The translations under genes were made by a program, and so were the position numbers. 64,000 bases of DNA from a virus, in the IMG/VR virus record IMGVR_UViG_3300029238_000243; one strand, 5' to 3'. How positions within the stretch are numbered: the first letter of the stretch is position 1; each line of letters begins with the position of its first letter. Below the pieces are notes generated by a model. That model was not told the DNA's origin. It was given only the letters and a program-made list of their open reading frames with translations, and did not search any database. Positions 10,428 to 21,142 of the stretch are shown piece by piece.

Positions 10428-10835
10428 ATGGAATACAAAAACGATTATTTTGCAGACAATCAACTTTCTGAAGACGAAATTCAGGAAGACGATTACGAGA
10501 AGGAACTCATTAACTGGTATTCTACATATCCTGTTGAGAGAAAACGCAAACTTAACAAGCGCGAACGTTATGAGAAAGAACAGAAACATCTCAAGAAACT
10601 TGAGTCTATGAATGTGCGTTATCCGCAGCCGGTTAAATATGTTGACGAAAAATGGGTGCGAGAGATTGGATATTGCAAGATTCCGAAACCATATTATAAG
10701 CGTTTGTATAGAGAGAAGATCAGTTCGTACATAAAACGTCTCGCAAACAGAAAAGTAAGACACTACAAAGGAGAGCTCCACAATGGATACCAGCATATTC
10801 ATAAAGTGTATGATTTTTGGTGGCAAATAAGCTAG
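10428..10835 (+). CDS. Hypothetical basic protein.
   Basis: An ORF with the RBS gggaggattcaatATG, directly downstream of the HipA-like gene. Confidence 0.5.
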   Translation: MEYKNDYFADNQLSEDEIQEDDYEKELINWYSTYPVERKRKLNKRERYEKEQKHLKKLESMNVRYPQPVKYVDEKWVREIGYCKIPKPYYKRLYREKISSYIKRLANRKVRHYKGELHNGYQHIHKVYDFWWQIS

Positions 10836-10848
10836 GAAGGACGAAGGT

Positions 10849-11046
10849 ATGAGCAAAATCAAAAGATATAAGTTTTCGTGCTGTGTTATTGATGCTGAAA
10901 ATTTGGTAGAGAATAGAGATTTCCCAATAAAAAGTTTCAGTACATTTTTGCATCCATTAGAATTAACAAAAAGCAATCACAAAAAGCTTATCCAATGTCA
11001 AAAGAAGAGAACACAATTCGTAGATATAGGCAAAATTGAATACTGA
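10849..11046 (+). CDS. Hypothetical small protein.
   Basis: A short ORF with the RBS ggaaggacgaaggtATG, followed by a terminator hairpin. Confidence 0.3.
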   Translation: MSKIKRYKFSCCVIDAENLVENRDFPIKSFSTFLHPLELTKSNHKKLIQCQKKRTQFVDIGKIEY

Positions 11047-11164
11047 ACAATTCGTAAACAAAAAAGAGAGCAGCCGATTATTTTGGTTGCTCTTTTGTTT
11101 TCCTTTGTTTTAGGTTTACTCATATTTAAAACAAATAACAATATTTTAATCAGGAGGGATCCAA

Positions 11165-13765
11165 ATGTCTATGCAATTAAATGAAAAACAACAAGAAGCT
11201 GCAACCACACTAAATGGCTGCCTTCTAATTGTTGCTGTAGCCGGAAGCGGAAAAACGACAGTCCTTATTAATAGGGCGGTAAATTTAGTAAACGCTGGTG
11301 TTGATCCGAAACGAATCCTGATGATTACGTTTACAAGATACGCGGCCCGGAATATGGCAACAAAAGCAAAGGAAATCGGAGATAACAAATGCATTGGACT
11401 GTACACATCGACATTCCATTCATTCTATCTTGACATGTTAAGACGATATGGCAACATCATCGGGATGGATCCAAATTTTGTAATCCTTAATTCAGACGGA
11501 AGCATCGAAGATTCCATTTCTCAGGTTATGGCAAAGTATACGGAATATGGAGAAGTAAAAGGATTCCCTAGTTTTTCTGATATCAGGGAAGCGTATTCGT
11601 ATGCAATAAATACCGGAAGACCACTTGATCAGGTGTTGTCAGAATTCAAGGAAACAATGGACTACGTGGCAGAATTATGTGACCTGTATGAAATCTGGAC
11701 AAAAGAGAAAAAAGCAACAAACAATTATACCTATGATGACCTCATGGTGAAAATGTTAGAGCTTATGCAGACAGAAAACGGAAGAAATGCCGTTTCATCT
11801 TTGTTTGATTACATTATGGTAGACGAATATCAAGATATCAATAAACCACAGAATGAAATACTGCAGCTGTTAACAAATTCGAATCCAAATGTGGCAGTAG
11901 TAGGAGATGACTATCAAGCAATCTACGGATTCAGGGGTTCCAATGTCGGTTACATTGTGAATTACGAAAAAATGAACCCAGGCACAAGAGTAGTAACAGT
12001 TGATACCAATTACAGATCATCAGACGAAATTCTAGAATTTGTGAACGCAGTCATGGATAGAAACTGTGACTTTGGAATCAAGAAGGATATGAAAGGAACC
12101 GGAAAAAGTTTCGGACCTGTTATTTTGAATCACGTGGATGACGAAGAAGACGAATACCAGCATATTGTGGATTCGATCATCCGGGTCCATTCTGAAGGCA
12201 CTCCATATTCTGAGTGTGCTGTTTTAAATTCGAAGTCAAAACCATTACACAAACTCGAATTGTTGTTAGTTCGTAATAATCTGCCATACGAGATGCGCGG
12301 TGGTAAAAAATTCTTAGATCGTGATGAAGTGAGAGATTTGATTGCGTTGATCACCTGTATTTTGGCACCTACTAGTAAGAAAAGCATGTTGTCATGGTAT
12401 CGGGTGCTGACTCAGCTGGTGACCGACGTCGGACAGAAGAAAGCAACTGGTCTTGTCGAGTGCTGCGCAGAACCTGATTTCCCATTATCTGCAACGATAA
12501 ACGGAAAGAAACCATCAGCATCTATAAGAAAACAGCTTGAAAATCTGCATGTGTACCTATCAAAGGTGCAAAACGCTACTTATGAATCCGGTTACCAGAA
12601 GGCACTTCGAATGTTGGTGGATGGTTACTATGATTTTCGTCATGATCTAATCGAAAACAGTAAGAAATACAAACAGGAAAGTAACCGGACTGACGCATTC
12701 AATGAACTGGAATCCAAACGTGAAATTTTAGAAACATTCCGAGAGATTGGAGAACAGTATATTGATTTCCAAACATTTTTGGACGGACTCACAATGAATG
12801 ACACTTCCAAAAGTTCAGATGATTGTATCTGTCTGTCTACTGTGCACTCAGCAAAGGGTTTGGAATGGGATAATGTTTATATGATGGATGTTATTAGTAC
12901 CCTATATCCTGGAAAGAACTATTCGAAAGAAGAACAGAATGAGAATCTAAGAGTATTCTATGTCGGGATCACAAGAGCAAAGAAACATCTAATTTTGTAT
13001 CATCCTCAGTTAATTTTGAGCAGAGGAGAGTATGTTCCAATAGATGTGTCTCCATATGTGTCTGAGGTAACAAAACACTATGGTTTAACATATATCAAAG
13101 AGCAGACATTGACAAATCAAGATATCGTGCACCATTATCCATTACGATTTGAGTTTGTTCCATCAAGTGTATTCGGTAAGACAGTGCGCCAAAGATTGAC
13201 GCCGGAACGTTTGGAACAGATAAGTAAGAATGTCCGTAAAATCGGGGTTTGTTCTTGTTGTGGCAGCGCTGTAGGATCAGACCATTTGTTTGCGCACGAA
13301 GTATGGGAATACAACGATTACAAAAAGATACAAGCACTTGCAGATATTATCCCTGTTTGTGAGCGTTGTAGCGCAGTTATAAGTTTCGATCATTCTGTAA
13401 ACAAGCGAAACATTGACAGAAATGATCTATTTCAATGGTATGCAAATGTTAATCGGATCCCAGTATCTGCTGCCGAAGAGGAATTAACCAGAGCTCGTCA
13501 GAAACAAAACGAAAGAGAACAGTTTATCTGGCAGCAAGATGACGGATCCGTCGATAAGGTGATCCGTCGTTATTTGGACGTGGAAAATAAAGTAGCGAAA
13601 TATCAAATTCATATGCTAACAGTTCCATATAGCAGAAACGAAGAATTCAAAGAAGACTGCTACCGATATGGAGTGCGTCCGAAATGGTTGGTTGAATATA
13701 AAGTATGGAGTTATCAGGGGAAAACAATTCCGGAACTTGATCAAAAATGGGGTGTAATAAATTAA
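11165..13765 (+). CDS. UvrD/PcrA-like SF1 helicase with a Cys-rich zinc-ribbon C-terminal extension.
   Basis: It has Walker A (AVAGSGKTT), motif II (VDEYQDIN) and motif III (AIYGFRG), and the RBS aggagggatccaaATG. Confidence 0.85.
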   Translation: MSMQLNEKQQEAATTLNGCLLIVAVAGSGKTTVLINRAVNLVNAGVDPKRILMITFTRYAARNMATKAKEIGDNKCIGLYTSTFHSFYLDMLRRYGNIIGMDPNFVILNSDGSIEDSISQVMAKYTEYGEVKGFPSFSDIREAYSYAINTGRPLDQVLSEFKETMDYVAELCDLYEIWTKEKKATNNYTYDDLMVKMLELMQTENGRNAVSSLFDYIMVDEYQDINKPQNEILQLLTNSNPNVAVVGDDYQAIYGFRGSNVGYIVNYEKMNPGTRVVTVDTNYRSSDEILEFVNAVMDRNCDFGIKKDMKGTGKSFGPVILNHVDDEEDEYQHIVDSIIRVHSEGTPYSECAVLNSKSKPLHKLELLLVRNNLPYEMRGGKKFLDRDEVRDLIALITCILAPTSKKSMLSWYRVLTQLVTDVGQKKATGLVECCAEPDFPLSATINGKKPSASIRKQLENLHVYLSKVQNATYESGYQKALRMLVDGYYDFRHDLIENSKKYKQESNRTDAFNELESKREILETFREIGEQYIDFQTFLDGLTMNDTSKSSDDCICLSTVHSAKGLEWDNVYMMDVISTLYPGKNYSKEEQNENLRVFYVGITRAKKHLILYHPQLILSRGEYVPIDVSPYVSEVTKHYGLTYIKEQTLTNQDIVHHYPLRFEFVPSSVFGKTVRQRLTPERLEQISKNVRKIGVCSCCGSAVGSDHLFAHEVWEYNDYKKIQALADIIPVCERCSAVISFDHSVNKRNIDRNDLFQWYANVNRIPVSAAEEELTRARQKQNEREQFIWQQDDGSVDKVIRRYLDVENKVAKYQIHMLTVPYSRNEEFKEDCYRYGVRPKWLVEYKVWSYQGKTIPELDQKWGVIN

Positions 13766-13851
13766 GGAAAGGATAAGGATGAGACTTAGGAAAGCATGAT
13801 TAATATAAGGCAAACACGAACAAATGCAATTATTTTTCAATTTCTTTGCAA

Positions 13852-13890
13852 TTTCCTGACGAGTTTCTGAAATTATGAGCCTTATGATAT
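13852..13890 (+). promoter_or_regulatory. Class-A promoter-like box followed by a roughly 290-nt leader.
   Basis: ATTTCCTGACGAGTTTCTGAAATTATGAGCCTTATGAT. Confidence 0.4.
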
Positions 13891-14180
13891 TCGAAACTAA
13901 ATATTGCGCTGACTGTTTAGTCCGAAGGTATGCACGAAAACAAATTGGGATGTAGATCCTGTATTGTATTTGCATGAAAGAACTAACCGGTCACAAACAT
14001 CATGAGTTTACCAGAAGGATTGTATAATCCTTACCACTGTAATTGACAGTTTGTTGTCGAAAGATAGGCGATCACACTTACACAGAGTGACGCTTTATTT
14101 GTGTGCCTAAAACAGTGGTCGAATGGTAAACGTTTGTCATATGAAGATGGGTTTCTCTGGGATTAAAAAGGAGAAACCAC

Positions 14181-14459
14181 ATGATTAGTATGACATTCGA
14201 TGACTACACAGAACTTGACGACAAGATTGCATCATTACCAAAACGTAATGAAAATTATGGTCTGGAGGAAAAAGACTTGAAGAGAATCGAAGCGGATCCG
14301 GATCGTTATTATCGTTATGTAATGTACCTTTTGAATCAGCCGTATTACGAAGTCAATGCTAAAGAACACAAATTTGATAACAAAGATGCGTTGCCACAGA
14401 ATGAGGTTACGGACCGTTTAAATGCTTTGATCCGAGACCATGTGGACATCACAGATTAG
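14181..14459 (+). CDS. Hypothetical protein.
   Basis: An ORF with the RBS aaaaggagaaaccacATG. Confidence 0.5.
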   Translation: MISMTFDDYTELDDKIASLPKRNENYGLEEKDLKRIEADPDRYYRYVMYLLNQPYYEVNAKEHKFDNKDALPQNEVTDRLNALIRDHVDITD

Positions 14460-14470
14460 AGGAAACAAGT

Positions 14471-14902
14471 ATGAAGGTCACCGATTATCGAGATATGTAT
14501 TATGCAATTTCAAATGGGATTGAGATTGGATTGTCGATCGATAGCGTGCTCGAAGAAGTGGTCGCAGAAAGAGAAAACGGTAATTTATCTGCAAAAGATT
14601 ATAACGAATTAATGGTTTTCTTCAAAGAATGCGACCGAAAACATGGAGCACAAATCGTCGAACACAACCATGCTGTTTGGTTACAGCAACAAAGAGAAAC
14701 GGAAGATCAAAACAGGCAGGTTTCAGAAAATAAAGCAAAAACACTTGGGGCTCTGTTGGAATTAACAGAAACAGAACGAGGACAAGCTCGTATTCGAACG
14801 CCAAATAATGAGTTTCCCAAAATCGATGTCCCGAAACCGGAAACAACGTTCAAGAAACCAACAACGAGAACAAAACATCAGCAAAAACGAAGGGAGTCTT
14901 AA
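14471..14902 (+). CDS. Hypothetical protein.
   Basis: An ORF with the RBS gaggaaacaagtATG. Confidence 0.55.
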   Translation: MKVTDYRDMYYAISNGIEIGLSIDSVLEEVVAERENGNLSAKDYNELMVFFKECDRKHGAQIVEHNHAVWLQQQRETEDQNRQVSENKAKTLGALLELTETERGQARIRTPNNEFPKIDVPKPETTFKKPTTRTKHQQKRRES

Positions 14903-14904
14903 TT

Positions 14905-15921
14905 ATGTATTCTAATTCATATCCACAACTTATTCAGAACTGGACAGAAGGGTTTGCAAGCAACAAACCATTTACTTTATCACCGCAGTTCTTTTCCTAT
15001 TCAGAAGAACAGAACAACGAAGATGCTGCCGGATTGATGCGCTATGTGTTCGAAGATGTTTTAGGATGGACACCAAACGATGTCCAAAATCACTGCAGTA
15101 AAGAAGTGATCGATTTACTTGGTTTGAGACCAGCATACCGCGCACTTATGTGGCCATCAACTTATGATGCAAGTGGAAAACGTGTTCCACTTGTAGACAG
15201 CAGAAGCGGATACGGATATGTTGCAGCCTTATTGTATCCAAATGTGATCCGTACGCTGGGAAAACAGAAATTATGGATCATGGAATATAACGCAATGATG
15301 TCAGGAAGAGGACAGAGAGCATTTCGTGTTGATGATTTTCTTGGCAACGATGGTTATGATCACGCAAGATTATTACTGAATCATTACCTGGTCAACAATC
15401 CAGATGAGAGATTCGAAAACATCGAGGACGTATACAAAGTATTTTCAAATCGTAAGGATGCAGAAAAGATCTTACGCAAAGCGAAATTGCTTATCATTCA
15501 GCAGGCTTTATTTAAGAGTCCGCTTGAGTATCTGCACGCCGCGCTTCCAGATGATGGCACGGAAGCTGGTTGCGATCACATGAGTTATGATTTCTATCGA
15601 TTCGAAACTATGTTAAACGGCGTCGATGAAGTGGAAAGTCATAAGCGAGAGATTATGGAACGCATCAGAAAAGATGGAGAATCCGTTTACTCTGTTGCAA
15701 AAAGTCTGTTTTTAGATGTAGATGTGGTACAGGCAAAAGTTGATTCCTGGAATGAAATCCTGGCAGATCATTTCAAAGACAAGATCATTCTGCTTCATCA
15801 GAGACATATATCTACAGACAAAATTGCGGAAAAATCAAAACTTCCAAGCGATCTTATCACAAAAAAGCTGGAAGAATGGGGCGAAACAAGGTCATCTCTG
15901 AATAAACGACGCAACTTGTAG
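14905..15921 (+). CDS. Hypothetical protein.
   Basis: A 338-aa ORF with coding-like composition. Confidence 0.6.
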   Translation: MYSNSYPQLIQNWTEGFASNKPFTLSPQFFSYSEEQNNEDAAGLMRYVFEDVLGWTPNDVQNHCSKEVIDLLGLRPAYRALMWPSTYDASGKRVPLVDSRSGYGYVAALLYPNVIRTLGKQKLWIMEYNAMMSGRGQRAFRVDDFLGNDGYDHARLLLNHYLVNNPDERFENIEDVYKVFSNRKDAEKILRKAKLLIIQQALFKSPLEYLHAALPDDGTEAGCDHMSYDFYRFETMLNGVDEVESHKREIMERIRKDGESVYSVAKSLFLDVDVVQAKVDSWNEILADHFKDKIILLHQRHISTDKIAEKSKLPSDLITKKLEEWGETRSSLNKRRNL

Positions 15922-16051
15922 TCAATGGATTGACAAACACTTATAGGAGTACTTGAAAACGGTACTCCTTTGTGTTGCTTTCGAAACGATTTCAACCAGT
16001 ATTAGTTTGTATCAAACTCGAACATATTTAGGCTGTAAGGAGGATTTCGAT

Positions 16052-17668
16052 ATGAGTGAAACAAATAAAACTACAATCGCTGCAGACTGGTGTGAAAAGA
16101 CACTTCCAGAGCTAGCACGATTTAACAAAGCATTTATAAAACGAAAAGGAAAAGGATTTGCGCACGTAATTGTGCTGACTTCTGAAAACAAAGAAGACAT
16201 CAATTATTGTTATGAAAAAGAGAGTGCACTGTTTGAGTCTTTTGGCTGGTACTGTGTTTTAATGAACGGAGATTCAGTTCCAAAAACCTGTACTTTGGTA
16301 TTCCGAACAACGCCTAACAAAGATGAGATATACAATGCTTTTGATGTTACAGGAGTCAGCCGGTCTATGATCGACAAGGATGTATTAGCGAAACTTGTTG
16401 ATATGATCGGATTTGATGACCTTACGATGGATTACTTGCAGGGTATTAATGAGAGTTATTTATTGTACCTGTTGTCGAAAGTTTCAGATTTAGGTATGGA
16501 CCGTTTCGTAAATGAGTTGCTCGTAAATCATTACAATAACACAGATTCTGATAATATGACAAAGGAAGACCTCAAGATCTTATTTGGTACAGACGACGTC
16601 AAGACACTGTGCAGTACGGCAGCTACTTGCGAAGTAAAAGAACAGGATACTAATTCTTTTGTTCCGCCGACGTCAGAGCCAACAAAAGCAGAGAGAGAAC
16701 CGGCTTCTGTAACGGGACAGGCTGATGAACCAAATAAAGCGGCTGCTAAAGAACCGGTCACACATGTAGTAGAACAAAGTGTAGAAGTCCCTGTTCCAAG
16801 ACCTGCACAACCGCAGCCAAAACCGAATCCATTACCATATGATGAGAGACCAGCAAACGAAGACAAGATTAATTCACATTCGATTCCTCATTCAAAAGGA
16901 TTTCTTTCAAGTCACGGAAAATTCCGCCCTGTTACAGTAACAAATAACGAGCGATCTGTGACTGCAAAAACAGTAGAAACGAAACAAAATGAGCCTAAGA
17001 ATGAATTAAATCCTACAATTTTAGAAGTAGAAGATAGGAAACCTGCATCCGTTCCCGAAGTAAAGCAGACTGTAATGGAAAACCAGGAAGAAAGGGAACC
17101 AAAAAGCGTTTCCGAAGATAAGAATATTGTTTCCGAAGTCGAAGAAAGCCAAACAATACCGGAACCTGTTATTTCGGAACCAAAAGAAGAGGAATCCGAT
17201 GACGACACACCAAGTGTACCGGCTCCAGTTAAAGTAAAAAAGATTTCATTTCAGTCAAAAGAGGTCTTAACGGAAGAAGATAAGAAGCAGAATGCAGAGC
17301 TGCTTCATAAAATCCGGTCCAAATATGAGCAGGCATTACAATTTGTGACAGATCTGCATAGTCCTCAGTTTACACTGTTTATCAATTTGTTCCGAGAAGC
17401 ATTAGATAACAATAAGTATACTAAGCAGTGGTGTCCTATGTATCTTGAAATCTCAGATGATCTTACAACAGAATTGTATGCGAAACTTTACGAACTGGAT
17501 CAGGTTACAGCGGAATTCAATAAGAAATTAATTCATCAGGTATTACATATTGGCTGCCCATTCTGTGCAACTGAGTGGAATGAAGATATTACTTTTGTTG
17601 ACAATGGACTTCATTATACCAGATGTCCAAACTGCAATAGTGAAAGACCATTCATGAAAGAAGAGTAA
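16052..17668 (+). CDS. Hypothetical protein with a central Pro/Glu-rich disordered region and a C-terminal CxxC..CxxC zinc ribbon.
   Basis: It has the RBS aaggaggatttcgatATG and the C-terminal motifs CPFCATEW...CPNCN. Confidence 0.6.
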   Translation: MSETNKTTIAADWCEKTLPELARFNKAFIKRKGKGFAHVIVLTSENKEDINYCYEKESALFESFGWYCVLMNGDSVPKTCTLVFRTTPNKDEIYNAFDVTGVSRSMIDKDVLAKLVDMIGFDDLTMDYLQGINESYLLYLLSKVSDLGMDRFVNELLVNHYNNTDSDNMTKEDLKILFGTDDVKTLCSTAATCEVKEQDTNSFVPPTSEPTKAEREPASVTGQADEPNKAAAKEPVTHVVEQSVEVPVPRPAQPQPKPNPLPYDERPANEDKINSHSIPHSKGFLSSHGKFRPVTVTNNERSVTAKTVETKQNEPKNELNPTILEVEDRKPASVPEVKQTVMENQEEREPKSVSEDKNIVSEVEESQTIPEPVISEPKEEESDDDTPSVPAPVKVKKISFQSKEVLTEEDKKQNAELLHKIRSKYEQALQFVTDLHSPQFTLFINLFREALDNNKYTKQWCPMYLEISDDLTTELYAKLYELDQVTAEFNKKLIHQVLHIGCPFCATEWNEDITFVDNGLHYTRCPNCNSERPFMKEE

Positions 17669-17796
17669 TTTAAGGAAGAGGATAAGGCAGTTTGGCAGGA
17701 TAATAATAGAACAACAACGAATATTGGAAAACCTGCCTATCCCTATCCTCTTTTTCTTCAAATAACGTGTATAGAAATCGAAAAGGAGTACTTAGT

Positions 17797-18117
17797 ATGA
17801 GAATTAATCGTATTGAAAACGAATTGGATATCATTGATGCTGGGCTTATCACGGAGAATCCAACCAGTGTTTTATCAGCATTTTTGAGTACGCATGCGTG
17901 GATTGTCGACGTATTGATGCTTGTTTTTGTTGTATCCGGTGTATACCGATGTTATAAAACCAAGAAACAGGACAGTGATGAGAAAGATATCAAAAATATG
18001 TTTAACGAAGACGGGACAAAGAATCAACATTATGCGCACAAAGATTATGATCCATTCCCATGTTTTACATTCGCTTTATTGTTATTTGTCGTACGGTTAC
18101 TTCTTGCAGCATTATAA
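17797..18117 (+). CDS. Small membrane protein.
   Basis: It has the RBS aaaaggagtacttagtATG and a TM helix. Confidence 0.45.
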   Translation: MRINRIENELDIIDAGLITENPTSVLSAFLSTHAWIVDVLMLVFVVSGVYRCYKTKKQDSDEKDIKNMFNEDGTKNQHYAHKDYDPFPCFTFALLLFVVRLLLAAL

Positions 18118-18216
18118 TAGCCGATAACGAAACAACGAATGCGAGATATAGATTCCTTCAGTTGAGTCCATATTTAGGATAACAAAAATGTTACATACAA
18201 AAAGGAGGAAACAAAA

Positions 18217-18915
18217 ATGGATATCAAAAAGGTCAATTATGCACTTGCTGTTATCGAAAAGGGTATTAGTGATCCAGAGTTATTATTTAAGCGTATGGAT
18301 CCAGACGTGTTGGAACTAAGCCGTATTTTGCAGATCGATGGACGAGAAGTAAAAGACTATATTGTGGATCATCTGAATGCTAAATTCGGAATGTTGGGAC
18401 TTGAGTTCAACAATTATGGAAAGACAATTGAGGTGAATCAGATAACGCCTCCGGAATATTTGTCTCTCTTTGACAGGAAAGATCATATTTTAGATATTGA
18501 TCTGGCGAAAAAGACGTACGAAGTCCGAAATTCCTGTATTCGTTGGTATGAGGATAACCTTGAACAGACGTTTTTGTGTGAACCTTTTGAATTAAGAGAC
18601 CCGTATAACATACTGAATGATTTCACTATCAGAAATCGAATGCAGTTTCTCAGAGGTCTGTGGAATCAGAATCCAGCTATTAATGCGCGTGCGATAATAG
18701 CGGATACAATTTATGTGGTGTTTCATAAAAAAGATCTGATGCAAGATCTGAATTGGATGAAACGCGAAATAGAGATCCACAATAAATTCACAGAACAAAG
18801 GAAGAATCTGGAAGCTGCAACGAAATCGTGTATTCCAAATCAAATCAGCAAAATAAAGGAATCTCAGTCTGCGGTTTCCGAATATTTGAAAACTTTGAAC
18901 TATACGGAAGTCTGA
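18217..18915 (+). CDS. Hypothetical protein.
   Basis: It has the RBS aaaaggaggaaacaaaaATG, and a class-B box lies at 18168. Confidence 0.6.
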   Translation: MDIKKVNYALAVIEKGISDPELLFKRMDPDVLELSRILQIDGREVKDYIVDHLNAKFGMLGLEFNNYGKTIEVNQITPPEYLSLFDRKDHILDIDLAKKTYEVRNSCIRWYEDNLEQTFLCEPFELRDPYNILNDFTIRNRMQFLRGLWNQNPAINARAIIADTIYVVFHKKDLMQDLNWMKREIEIHNKFTEQRKNLEAATKSCIPNQISKIKESQSAVSEYLKTLNYTEV

Positions 18916-18968
18916 TGGAAAACAAGAGAAAGAGCCGGTTTATCGCCGACTCTTCTTTTTGTTTTCTA

Positions 18969-19406
18969 CTACAGGCAACCAACGAATTTGTCATCCAAAT
19001 CCTTTTCATAGTCGTCTGTTCGAACGGAACCAAATTTAATGAATACCTGTCCAATAGGATCCATCTTTTTGATCACAGATTTTAAATCTGTCATGATCCC
19101 ATTCGCATCGTATTCAAACTTCGGTTCATCGTTATAGACGCCGGGATACCACTGTCCATCGTTTTCATCATACAAAGGTGGTTTCTGATAACATTCGGAT
19201 TCGTCTATATCAACGCTTTCCTGTGTTGTTAAGGTCGTTTTGACGGACATGATTCCAGTATCGCTGTCTATATTTGTGATGTAATTTCTCACGTTACTGT
19301 AATCAGGATTCGTATTGATTGGTCTTAATAATTCGTCTACAGTCTGACGGAATTTCAACTGATACCCAGCCTCAACAGTAATTGAAAATGTCCCTTTCTG
19401 TTCCAT
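18969..19406 (-). CDS. Hypothetical protein.
   Basis: An ORF with a class-B box (reverse orientation) at 19448. Confidence 0.55.
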   Translation of the reverse strand: MEQKGTFSITVEAGYQLKFRQTVDELLRPINTNPDYSNVRNYITNIDSDTGIMSVKTTLTTQESVDIDESECYQKPPLYDENDGQWYPGVYNDEPKFEYDANGIMTDLKSVIKKMDPIGQVFIKFGSVRTDDYEKDLDDKFVGCL

Positions 19407-19534
19407 ATCGTTTCTGATCTCCTCTCTGTGTGTTTATTGTTTCTGTTCTAAATATGGGTTGAGAGAATGCATACCATTTGTCTGCAAACAAGATAACCAT
19501 ATTTAGTGATAGAACGTGAAAGAGAGGTATTTTT

Positions 19535-20748
19535 ATGGAACCGAAAAACGAATCACTCACAAATAAGAAATTAACAGAAGTAGAAACAAACGAAGCTAAG
19601 AAACCGACAAAAAAGGATCCGAAAGAAAAGAAACCAACCGAAAAAACAAAAGAACAGGATCCGAAAGAAATGGTTTCCGAACAGCCACAGCAGTTTTTAA
19701 TTCAGTTAATGTCTGGCGATATAGATCCAAATATGATGATGGATGAAGATGCTTACACAGCAGAACAGATTGAGGATTTAAAACTCAGCATTAAGGAATG
19801 GCTTGGTCGTGTTCCGTTTACAGAGTTTCGAAACGCAATTCACAAAGATGTTATAGGACAGGACAATCTCGATTTAATACTTGCAAACGTATATAACTAT
19901 CTCACAAACGTTGCTCTCGGGAACCCAGTTAATAACAATATGCTTATGGCTGCTCCATCTGGCTGTGGAAAAACAGAAACATACCGGTCACTCCGCAATT
20001 ATTTGAAACAGAGATTCCGGAGCTTACGATCTCACAAGTAGATGTATCTGTGATTACGGAAGAAGGCATTGTCGGTGCCGGAAGTTCGATACTAGTAGAT
20101 GAGCTCATGGAGAATGGCACCAATGGTTATGGAATCGTATTTATGGATGAATTCGACAAGAAACTGATTCCTTCATTTGCAGAAGGAGCAAACACATCTG
20201 CTGCGGTCCAAAATCAGTTATTAACTATTATTGAAGGTCGTGAAGTTCCGTTTATTTTGAATGGTCAGCCAACTGGATATTATATTGATACATCCAATAC
20301 GATGTTTATTGGTTTGGGTTCGTTTAATGAATCCAGAGAGCAGAAAAAGAATGCGGCAAAGAATAATTTAGGATTCGGAGCCAGAACCCAGGATAATGAT
20401 ATGTTCGATGAGATTACAAGAGAAGATATGATTAAAATGGGAGCGAGTTACGAAATGATTGGTCGTTTCCCTTTGATTGTCAACTATCATAAGTTATCTG
20501 AAGAGGCAGTCGACAAGATTATTGACAAAACACTGGAAACGCTGAGATTAGCCTATCAGTTACCGATCGAACTGGATGCAGATATGCGAACACAATTACA
20601 TGAGTTTGCGAATGGCGTTTACGGATGTCGAATGTTAGATAGCAGCATCCGAGACCAGGTGATCAAACAGTACACAGCATGGTTGATCGGTGGCTGTAAG
20701 AAAAAGAAGATTGTAGTCCATTCGGTCACAGAATCAGAATTGGTTTAA
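19535..20748 (+). pseudogene. ClpX-like AAA+ unfoldase ATPase without the N-terminal zinc-binding domain. It is split into two ORFs (19535..20041 and 20050..20748) by a -1 frameshift around 20005-20015.
   Basis: ORF1 carries the sensor and Walker A motifs (DVIGQDN...LMAAPSGCGKTE). The downstream frame carries Walker B (VFMDEFDK) and ClpX-like segments (QNQLLTIIEGREVPF..IDTSNTMFIGLGSF; MIGRFPLIVNYHKLSEEAV). The two frames overlap between 19936 and 20041. Confidence 0.7.
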
Positions 20749-20924
20749 GAATATAGAGATCCTGCTTATTTTGAGCGGTTATAGACCCTGGTTGTTTTCG
20801 GGTAGCGTATACCTAGAATTCGAAAACCAGTCTCTGTAATAAAGTTTTATACTGTGAAGTTTACAACCCTTATTCGTTAATTCGGATAAGGGTTATCTTC
20901 TGCGTTGCTTTCTAAAGCGGAAGA

Positions 20925-21060
20925 TTTGTACTCTGTTCCTCAAGTGTATAATCATCTGCCTTTGTTTTCTTAGAAGGTTTGAACTCTGCACTCCAAGAGT
21001 AAGATCGTCTGTCTTTGTTTTCTCGAAAAATCTGTACTCTGTAAATATAAATATCATCAT
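20925..21060. repeat. About 2.5 tandem copies of a roughly 55-bp repeat (TGTACTCTGTTCCTCAAGTGTATAATCATCTGCCTTTGTTTTCT...).
   Basis: Direct repeats lie immediately upstream of a class-A box. Confidence 0.5.
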
Positions 21061-21100
21061 TCTCCTGACGAGTTTTTCAGATTGTGAGCCTTGTAATAGA
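21058..21100 (+). promoter_or_regulatory. Class-A promoter-like box.
   Basis: CTCCTGACGAGTTTTTCAGATTGTGAGCCTTGTAAT, 45 bp upstream of the ATG at 21143. Confidence 0.45.
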
Positions 21101-21142
21101 TAACAATTAGTAGTTAACGAAGAAAAGAAAGGAATTAAAACC

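Noticed and set aside
16531-17208. Minus-strand Gly/Ser-rich ORFs.
   Set aside because: They are antisense to the Pro/Glu-rich low-complexity portion of the gene at 16052..17668.
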